From an uncultured Erysipelotrichaceae bacterium (GTDB lineage: Bacteria; Bacillota_I; Bacilli_A; RFN20; CAG-826), in the NCBI GenBank assembly GCA_902774655.1, contig CACYJD010000001.1:1-45595 (forward strand): DNA of 45,595 nucleotides. The letters are read 5' to 3'. The position numbers and the translations under genes are program-made. The notes beneath the pieces are model-generated. The model saw nothing but the letters and a program-made list of their open reading frames with translations, searched no databases and was not told where the DNA came from. This document shows positions 17,266-24,021 of the stretch, in pieces (the stretch's first letter is position 1; the number at the start of each line of letters is the position of its first letter).

Positions 17266-17296
17266 CTATACTGAATAATTTTATTATTGAGTATAG
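17266..17296. promoter_or_regulatory. 31-bp near-perfect palindrome (candidate operator) upstream of the MetK-like gene
   Basis: ctatactgaataat ttt attattgagtatag: 14-nt arms (13/14 complementary) with a 3-nt spacer. It overlaps TATACT-like -10 candidates and ends 28 nt before the start codon. Confidence 0.4.
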
Positions 17297-17392
17297 AGGT
17301 AAAAATGCCCCTAAAAATGGGGTAAAAATGCTATTTTTCATAGGTATTATTAGACTCATTGGAATATATTCCTAATGAGACAAATAATAAAA

Positions 17393-18130
17393 TCAGGCCA
17401 TGTAGATGACCGAGCCACCGAACTTATTTTCGATATAAGTTTTGATATTTTCCTGCTTTAAAGCTTCAACTAAAACACTGGTCTTTTTAGATTCTTGATT
17501 TCCGTTTTTCACAGCAATCACATTAGCCATTGTTTTAGCAATATCGGAATTCTTATCTTCAGTGATTAGGCAGCGATTCACTACTCCTGCAGATAAAGCA
17601 TAATTGCCATTAATAACTGCATATGCACAATCGCTTAACATTAATGGAATATTTTGAGCTTCAACTTGTACTAGATTAGCGGTTTGCATTCCATTTACTT
17701 TTAGTAATTCCACCGCTCTATCGTAGTTGCTCTTATCACTAGGAACCAAAACCTTATCATTTGCAGCATAAGCATCTAAGCTTTTCTTATTTCCTGAATA
17801 AATGCCCATTGGTTCAAAGTGAACATCTAACACTGAAACGAGATGCGTACCATTGCTCGCATTGAATTCATTTAAATAAGGTTTGTGTTGGAAGTAGTTA
17901 GCATCAAGCTCACCGTTTTCTAAGGCATAGTTAGGAAGGACATAATCGTTGAAGACTTTGATATCTAACTTATAGCCTTCTTTTTCAATATAACCTTTGG
18001 TTTGCTCTAGAATTAAAGCATGTGGAGTTGAACTTGCCCCCACCACAATCGTTTTACTATTTTTGTTACATCCTGCTAGCGTAATCACAGGCAAGCAGGC
18101 AAGTATGAGAAACTTTAATGTTTTATGCAT
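17393..18130 (-). CDS. metQ: MetQ/NlpA-family methionine-binding lipoprotein
   Basis: 245 aa from the ATG at 18130 (RBS GGAGGTGCTTATG). Signal peptide has the lipobox LAGC. Family motifs: VVGASSTPHA and DANYFQHKPYL. Confidence 0.85.
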   Translation of the reverse strand: MHKTLKFLILACLPVITLAGCNKNSKTIVVGASSTPHALILEQTKGYIEKEGYKLDIKVFNDYVLPNYALENGELDANYFQHKPYLNEFNASNGTHLVSVLDVHFEPMGIYSGNKKSLDAYAANDKVLVPSDKSNYDRAVELLKVNGMQTANLVQVEAQNIPLMLSDCAYAVINGNYALSAGVVNRCLITEDKNSDIAKTMANVIAVKNGNQESKKTSVLVEALKQENIKTYIENKFGGSVIYMA

Positions 18131-18762
18131 AAGCACCTCCATAAGAGAAATCTGACTAGCAGATTATTAATGATTTGAATTAAGCAAACGATGATTACGA
18201 TAATCACCACGCTTTGTGCGATGATATTCCAATTAAATCTTTGGAAGCCATAAACAATGGCGTAGTTTCCTAAACCACCACCGCCAACAACACCGGCCAT
18301 CGCGCTATAACCGATAATGTTTATCAAGGTGATGCCAATCGCATTAACTAAATAAGGCAACTTACATGCCCATTTAATCCTAACGATAATCTTCAGATTA
18401 CTTGCTCCATCAATCTTTGCAGCTTCTATGACATAACCCGGAATCTCAGATAAGATTTCTTCAATTAGCCTAGCTTCAAACGGAATGGCACAGATTGTTA
18501 AAGGCACTATCATCGCTGTCGTTCCAATTGCCGTTCCGATTAATGCTCTGGTCACTGGAAACATAAAAACAACAAGAAGAATAAAAGGTATGCTCCTACC
18601 CACATCGATAATTCGGTTAAGGATAAAGTTAATAACCCTATTTGGGAATAATCCCCCTGGTCTAGTCTCGCTGACCATTGAGCCAATCGGCATCGCAATA
18701 ATCCAAGATATGATTAAGGAAACACACGACATGTATAAAGTTTCAATCGTTGCATCTAACAT
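18115..18762 (-). CDS. metI: MetI-type methionine ABC transporter permease
   Basis: 215 aa from the ATG at 18762 (RBS AAAGGAGATAGATGACATG). It is polytopic, with an EAA-like segment (IEAAKIDGAS). It overlaps the metQ start by 16 nt. Confidence 0.8.
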   Translation of the reverse strand: MLDATIETLYMSCVSLIISWIIAMPIGSMVSETRPGGLFPNRVINFILNRIIDVGRSIPFILLVVFMFPVTRALIGTAIGTTAMIVPLTICAIPFEARLIEEILSEIPGYVIEAAKIDGASNLKIIVRIKWACKLPYLVNAIGITLINIIGYSAMAGVVGGGGLGNYAIVYGFQRFNWNIIAQSVVIIVIIVCLIQIINNLLVRFLLWRCLCIKH

Positions 18763-18827
18763 GTCATCTATCTCCTTTACAAAGTAAAAGACACCATTTA
18801 GGTGCCTATGTTCAGCTTTGGTTATTT

Positions 18828-19262
18828 CTACCAAGCTGTATTAAGCCATTTAACGAGTTCTCTAGATGAGTCTGTCGCAAATAATGGTTCATCCCAGTGG
18901 CCTTCGCCATCAGGAGTTCTTCCATAAACCGCATATCTGGTCTTGTTCCAGCAGCAGTCTATTTGGATGGTGAACATCACGTTACCTGTTTCGATATCCG
19001 CAAAGCGGAAGTCATCATAAAGTGGTCCATTTAAAGGGCAGTTGTTTTTAAACCAGACATACCAGTTTTCTAGGTCTACCTTTCCGCCACGCTTGACTTG
19101 CTTAATGATGTTACCCATCTTTTTGGTCTTGTTGGCTAAGCTTGAGTCTTTGCAGAACCAGTCATACCAACCTGCCTTGATTTGGGTTTTAACATCATCG
19201 GCATCAAAATTGCCTTCCATGAATTCATCAATCCATCGGAATAATCTTAATCTGTCCATCAT
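18828..19262 (-). CDS. Hypothetical phage protein (144 aa, Trp/Cys-rich)
   Basis: Coding-quality ORF in an operon with its neighbours. No motif was recognised (WYDWFC, CCWNK). Confidence 0.55.
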   Translation of the reverse strand: MMDRLRLFRWIDEFMEGNFDADDVKTQIKAGWYDWFCKDSSLANKTKKMGNIIKQVKRGGKVDLENWYVWFKNNCPLNGPLYDDFRFADIETGNVMFTIQIDCCWNKTRYAVYGRTPDGEGHWDEPLFATDSSRELVKWLNTAW

Positions 19263-19513
19263 TACCAGCCACGCTCCTTTCTTTCAAATTCAAAGCAGGA
19301 CTCACTATACCTTTTCCAAATTGGATTGGCTTCGATGTCCTTATCTTCAAAAACGCGGATGCCTGCTCGTACTTCGTTAAAGTAGTTAAGCAAAGCTTCA
19401 TCACCTTTTTCTCTCCACACTTCTTTACCGTGATGGAGATAAACATATTCGTGAGTTTTAGGCGCATAGCCCAGTTGGTTCTCTTTGCGCTTGCCTTCAG
19501 TGACTAAGTACAT
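19262..19513 (-). CDS. Hypothetical phage protein (83 aa)
   Basis: The ATG at 19513 overlaps the upstream stop (TAATG). No motif was recognised. Confidence 0.5.
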   Translation of the reverse strand: MYLVTEGKRKENQLGYAPKTHEYVYLHHGKEVWREKGDEALLNYFNEVRAGIRVFEDKDIEANPIWKRYSESCFEFERKERGW

Positions 19514-19746
19514 TATTTGAGCCCCCTCCATAAAGGTTTGAGTTCAACAGGTGTGTTTTCATAGTCGATTTCGTCCATACAAATCGGCTCATCCATTTTA
19601 AGGGAGTCGATGCAGCCTTGAATTGTATCTAGCCATCTAGCTTCATAACCACCAGTGATATCCTTTGTTTGGTTGGTTACTCCGGCATCTTTATACCTTT
19701 GTAGTAAGGTTTCTAGGCCCTTTTTAGTTCTTATTTCCTTTGCCAT
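19513..19746 (-). CDS. Hypothetical phage protein (77 aa)
   Basis: RBS AAGGAGGGTCAAAATATG. No motif was recognised. Confidence 0.55.
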   Translation of the reverse strand: MAKEIRTKKGLETLLQRYKDAGVTNQTKDITGGYEARWLDTIQGCIDSLKMDEPICMDEIDYENTPVELKPLWRGLK

Positions 19747-19780
19747 ATTTTGACCCTCCTTCTTATCTGGTCATTATATA

Positions 19781-19800
19781 TATCACTCTAAAGAGTGATA
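19781..19800. promoter_or_regulatory. Palindromic operator candidate TATCACTCT-AA-AGAGTGATA
   Basis: Perfect 9-bp arms with a 2-nt spacer, too tight for an RNA hairpin. It lies in the 201-bp gap downstream of the methyltransferase gene and upstream of the next operon segment. Confidence 0.35.
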
Positions 19801-19947
19801 ATAGCAAGATAATAAGACATTACTTTGATACAATTGGCAGCGTGAGTGAGGTAGCGAAGAAGAACCACCCCACTCACTAGAAAGGAGGTATGCAATGACA
19901 CACAGTCAATTGTTTTCTTTTACGCGTGTAAGCACAAATTGTCGGAT

Positions 19948-21234
19948 TTATTTTAAGAAGTCATCATTGTCCAAGACTTCAAAATCCTTGATGGTTTCAA
20001 GCGGAATCTTCTCGCCATTTCTTAATAAAAAACACCCTTCATACGAACCGGTGTTCCTTAAGTATCTTTTAATGATTACATCCACATACTTAGTGTCAAG
20101 TTCCATCAAGTAAGCAGTTCTTTCAATTTGCTCACAGGCAATTAATGTTGTACCACTACCACCAAAGAGATCTAAGACAAGCTCACCTCTACGGCTGCTG
20201 TTTTCAATAAGTTTGGTTACGAGTGGTATTGGTTTCATTGTTGGATGGAGTTCAGAAGATTGTGGTCTATCGTATTCAAGAATAGTCGTTTGAGTTCTAT
20301 CCTCTACAAAGTAATGGGCCGCACCTTCTTTCCAACCAAACAAAATTGGTTCATGCATGTAATGATATGGACATCTTCCTAAAACAAAGTTGTTCTTTTT
20401 CCAAATTAAACATTCGGATAATTTAAACCCTGCTTCTTTAAAAGCACCACGAAAGTTATATCCTTCAGTGTCTGCATGGAAGACATAAATCGAACCACCA
20501 GGTTTGACGTTGTTATAGAAGTTCACCATGACCTTATCAAGGAATTCCCTGAAGGATGAATCATCCATGTCGTCGTTAAGAATGGTTCTATCAGTCATAC
20601 CACAGTCATATCCACCACGTTCCTTATATTGTTGACCCTTTTTGCCTATGGCAACATTATAAGGCGGGTCGGTTTCAATTAAGTCGGCTAGCTTACCATC
20701 CATTAAAACATCAACGTCTTCTTTTACAGTGGAATCACCACACATGACTCTATGCTTTCCTAAGACGTAAACGTCGCCTTTAAGTGAATATGGGTTTTCA
20801 GGTAAAGCTTCATCTTCATCAAAATTATCATCTTTAGGTTTGTCTTGGAGTTTATCCATTAAATCTTCAAATCCAAATTGAAGAAGATCCATATCGATGT
20901 TTTTGATTTCAACGGCTAACTTACCCATATCCCATTTGGCAATTTCAGCTGTTTTATTATCAGCAAGTCTTAAAGCCTTAACTTCATCTTCTGATAAGTC
21001 GTCAACCACAATACATGGGACCTCTTTTAATCCTAATTTTTTAGATGCAAGTAAACGTGTATGACCTGCGATAATTACATTATGAGAATCGATGAGAATA
21101 GGATTTCTAAAGCCAAAGGCTTTGATTGAATTCGCTACCGCATCAACTGCCTCATCATTAAATCTTGGGTTGTTGTCATAAGCGATAAGTTCATCAATCT
21201 TCTTTATTACTATCTTCTGACTCGACATTGGCAT
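19948..21234 (-). CDS. ParB-like N-terminal domain fused to an N6/N4 DNA methyltransferase (phage orphan MTase)
   Basis: 428 aa. The N-terminus (IDELIAYDNNPR...AGHTRLLA) is ParB/Srx-like. The MTase motifs are IETDPPYNV and a C-terminal DLFGGSGTTLIA. Confidence 0.85.
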   Translation of the reverse strand: MPMSSQKIVIKKIDELIAYDNNPRFNDEAVDAVANSIKAFGFRNPILIDSHNVIIAGHTRLLASKKLGLKEVPCIVVDDLSEDEVKALRLADNKTAEIAKWDMGKLAVEIKNIDMDLLQFGFEDLMDKLQDKPKDDNFDEDEALPENPYSLKGDVYVLGKHRVMCGDSTVKEDVDVLMDGKLADLIETDPPYNVAIGKKGQQYKERGGYDCGMTDRTILNDDMDDSSFREFLDKVMVNFYNNVKPGGSIYVFHADTEGYNFRGAFKEAGFKLSECLIWKKNNFVLGRCPYHYMHEPILFGWKEGAAHYFVEDRTQTTILEYDRPQSSELHPTMKPIPLVTKLIENSSRRGELVLDLFGGSGTTLIACEQIERTAYLMELDTKYVDVIIKRYLRNTGSYEGCFLLRNGEKIPLETIKDFEVLDNDDFLK

Positions 21235-21691
21235 TTTCCCATCCTCCTAATTCGTTTTTAACTTTGTTTTCCAAAATCTTTAACTTTCGATATTCAATAG
21301 CAAATTCGTCACCATAAAGAATCGCTAATAAATAGCGGTTAGCATCTAAGCTTGGTGGCATTTTTGTTACTACTTCACCGGCAACACGTTCACCCACCAC
21401 TTTGCCATCTTTGGTCTTCATGGTTTTACGTGTAACTTTATGCTCGGCACCATCAGCGAGTTTTCTAACATTGTCTAAGAAATGTTTTTTATCGTTGAAT
21501 TTGGTCTCTTCGATCAGTTGTCTGATTTCTGGTATCTTTTTGAAACTTGTGTACGTGTCCGGAGATATCTTTAGGCAACTTGCAATTTCCTTATCGGTAG
21601 CACCTGATAAAAGGCATTGAATAAGGATCTCACGGTACTCTGGCCACTTTCCACTATCCTTCCACGTCGCAAGGCATGATTTTCTACCCAT
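21194..21691 (-). CDS. HTH-domain DNA-binding protein (phage regulator or small-terminase-like fold)
   Basis: 165 aa from the ATG at 21691 (RBS AAAAGGAGATTTACCTATG). HTH-like segment: SGATDKEIASCLKISPDTYTSF. Confidence 0.4.
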   Translation of the reverse strand: MGRKSCLATWKDSGKWPEYREILIQCLLSGATDKEIASCLKISPDTYTSFKKIPEIRQLIEETKFNDKKHFLDNVRKLADGAEHKVTRKTMKTKDGKVVGERVAGEVVTKMPPSLDANRYLLAILYGDEFAIEYRKLKILENKVKNELGGWENANVESEDSNKED

Positions 21692-21826
21692 AGGTAAATC
21701 TCCTTTTAGCGTGAATAAAAATAAAACCCACGATTTTACTCGTAGGTTCTTTACAGCTTTCGCCAATTCTACACTAATGCATTTATTTGCTGATTTCAAC
21801 TAATCACCATAGGCCAAAGCGGTCCA

Positions 21827-22246
21827 TTATGGTCCAACATTTATTTTGATACTATTTAACGCATCCCAATGCCATCTTTTGGCTGTGGTTAGTGAGACAT
21901 ACATCTTTGTGCAAATGGTTTGCCAAGAGTAGTCATTAAGGTATCGCATTATAAGAATGTTTTGATAATCAGGATTAGATAGTTCGTAGATTGCAGCTAG
22001 AACTTCTTCTTTGGCTTTTTCATATTCAGCGGTCAACTCATCTATCTTCTTTTCTACTTCCATAATTTTATCAATCCATTTTACAAATGGAGCCTGCTGA
22101 CTTCTTGTCTTTTGCACTACTGGTTGATCGTAGTTACCACCAGGAATGGAATTAGCTAATTCTTCGAAGGATTGCTTTTGTAGTATTAGGGCATCAATGC
22201 GTTTTTGGATACGCATCGGCTTTTGTAGGAATTCCTTATTAGTCAT
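21827..22246 (-). CDS. Sigma-70 region-4-like phage transcriptional regulator (DUF1492 / RinA / ArpU-like)
   Basis: 139 aa. The C-terminus YQNILIMRYLNDYSWQTICTKMYVSLTTAKRWHWDAL resembles sigma region 4. It lies at the junction of the replication and late regions. Confidence 0.6.
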   Translation of the reverse strand: MTNKEFLQKPMRIQKRIDALILQKQSFEELANSIPGGNYDQPVVQKTRSQQAPFVKWIDKIMEVEKKIDELTAEYEKAKEEVLAAIYELSNPDYQNILIMRYLNDYSWQTICTKMYVSLTTAKRWHWDALNSIKINVGP

Positions 22247-23615
22247 GGTCTACCCCCTTAATTTTTGCTTTTACTGCATCAATTAGTCTTGTTTGGGTCA
22301 TGTCTTTGTCTTTAAGAGCTCTAAGAACTAGTTCATCCATTGTGCCTTTAGCGATGATATGCATCACTACTACTGAACCGCTTTTTTGTCCTTGGCGATA
22401 GAGTCTAGCAACTGTTTGCTGGTAAAGCTCTAAAGACCAAGTAAGGCCAAACCACACTATAGTGTTTCCACCACTTTGGAGGTTTAGTCCGTGTCCAGCA
22501 GATGCAGGATGGATTAATCCAACTTGTAACTCTTTGTTATTCCATTGTCTGATGTTTTCTGGTTTATCTAAGGTTTTATAGATAACACCTAATTTGTCTA
22601 ATCTTTTCTTAATGCGATCTAAATCGTGCTTGAACCAATATGCTACTAGTAGCGGTTTGCCATTAGCGGCTTCAATGATGTCTTCAAGTTCATCGAGTTT
22701 ACGATCATGAATTTCTACGACTTCACCTGAATCGCTATAAATAGCACCATTAGCAATTTGAAGTAACTTACCAGTAAGAACTGCTGCATTAGCACTTGTG
22801 ATCTCTTTGTCTTTTAATTCAAGAACCATCTCATCGACAAGTTCTTTATAAAGACTGATTTCATGCTCGTCTAATTCCACCGCTCTTTCCACTTCAATTA
22901 AGTCAGGCATCTTAAGATGGTCGATGGCTTTCATTGAAATTGTAATGTCGCTAATCTTGCTGTAGATTCTAGCTTCGGCACCTGCTTGCGGTTTATAAGA
23001 GAACACCACCATTCCATTACGCTTATCTGGAAGAAAATACTCTTCACGATATCTTGTAATGAATCGTCCAAGGCGAGAGCCATAATCTAAACATTTGAAT
23101 TCTGCCCATAGGTCCATGAGACCATTTCCTGCAGGTGTGCCGGTTAATCCTATGATTCTTTTCACATATGGACGTATGGTCATCAAAGCCTTATGCCTTT
23201 TAGATCTGCCATTCTTGAAACTTGATAGTTCATCAATAACCACAGTATCAAAGTCAAACTTATATCCGCTTTTAGTTACTAACCATTCTAGGTTTTCGCG
23301 GTTAATGATATAAATATCAGCTTTAGCTTTTAGTGCTCTTAAGCGTTCCATCTCAGTGCCGATTACAATGCTAGATTTTAGAAAGTGAAGATGTTCCCAC
23401 TTCTTTAACTCATCAGGCCATGAGATTAGTCCAACACGTAACGGTGCCACCACTAGCACTTTATGGATTTCAAAGGAATCAAATAGCAAATCGAATAAAG
23501 CAGTAAGCGTAATAACGGTCTTGCCTAAACCCATATCGATTAGCAATGCACTTATTGGATGATGCTCGATATAGTTAGTAGCAAAACTTTGATATTCATG
23601 TGGTTCGTATTGCAT
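22239..23615 (-). CDS. SNF2-family helicase
   Basis: 458 aa. Motifs: DMGLGKT (motif I), VIDELSSFKN (DExx box) and the C-terminal helicase motifs LNLQSGGN and QTVARLYRQGQ. Confidence 0.85.
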   Translation of the reverse strand: MQYEPHEYQSFATNYIEHHPISALLIDMGLGKTVITLTALFDLLFDSFEIHKVLVVAPLRVGLISWPDELKKWEHLHFLKSSIVIGTEMERLRALKAKADIYIINRENLEWLVTKSGYKFDFDTVVIDELSSFKNGRSKRHKALMTIRPYVKRIIGLTGTPAGNGLMDLWAEFKCLDYGSRLGRFITRYREEYFLPDKRNGMVVFSYKPQAGAEARIYSKISDITISMKAIDHLKMPDLIEVERAVELDEHEISLYKELVDEMVLELKDKEITSANAAVLTGKLLQIANGAIYSDSGEVVEIHDRKLDELEDIIEAANGKPLLVAYWFKHDLDRIKKRLDKLGVIYKTLDKPENIRQWNNKELQVGLIHPASAGHGLNLQSGGNTIVWFGLTWSLELYQQTVARLYRQGQKSGSVVVMHIIAKGTMDELVLRALKDKDMTQTRLIDAVKAKIKGVDHD

Positions 23616-23928
23616 CAATAATTCCTCCTATTTGATTTACATCGTCTAGAACATAAGTGTTAAAGCCTAATGTTCGTAATTCACGATGTCGTTTAAGTTG
23701 TATCTTTCTTGGCTTTTTGCCGGGTGCTTTAACTTCGACAAATCCAATCTTGCCTATTGCCACTAGTACGACGCGGTCAGGTGCCCCTACATAACCAGGA
23801 CTAACTAGCTTTAGACATAATCCCCCAGCCTTTTTAACGGCTTTTACCAATTTTTCCTCTATTTTTGCTTCTTCAGCCACGTGACCTCCTTTTAGTACTT
23901 TTAGTACTAGTGAGGTCAATGAAGTCAT
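23596..23928 (-). CDS. VRR-NUC domain nuclease
   Basis: Motifs GAPDRVVL...GFVEVKAPGKKPRKIQ. The start is uncertain: the ATG at 23928 has no RBS, while the GTG at 23880 lies 4 nt after AAAGGAGG. The first 16 codons coincide with DNA repeat motifs. Confidence 0.75.
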   Translation of the reverse strand: MTSLTSLVLKVLKGGHVAEEAKIEEKLVKAVKKAGGLCLKLVSPGYVGAPDRVVLVAIGKIGFVEVKAPGKKPRKIQLKRHRELRTLGFNTYVLDDVNQIGGIIDAIRTT

Positions 23929-24008
23929 TTCCGAACTTTTCTATATAGAGATAATTTTTATTTTTTTCCTTATATGAACAAGTTATGTTTTGACCTCATT
24001 GACCTCAC
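23881..24008. repeat. Five copies of a TGACCTCA-type 9-mer arranged as inverted pairs around a 63-bp AT-rich core; candidate replication origin or regulatory region
   Basis: Copies: gtgacctcc 23881-23889; gtgaggtca+atgaagtca 23910-23927 (inverted); tgacctcat+tgacctcac 23991-24008. Two TTTAGTAC repeats lie at 23891-23906. The AT-rich core spans 23928-23990. Confidence 0.5.
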
Positions 24009-24021
24009 CTTAGACCAATTT

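Noticed and set aside
17239-17392. S-box (SAM-I) riboswitch or T-box leader upstream of the MetK-like gene, or upstream of metI (18763-18827)
   Set aside because: The spacers (154 bp and 65 bp) are too short or lack the conserved helices and the specifier/T-box sequence that I would expect. Only short hairpins and a DNA palindrome are present.
21194-21691. Calling this HTH protein a second small terminase subunit
   Set aside because: It lies 5 kb from the packaging genes, upstream of the methyltransferase. Only a generic HTH is recognisable, so it is left as a DNA-binding protein.
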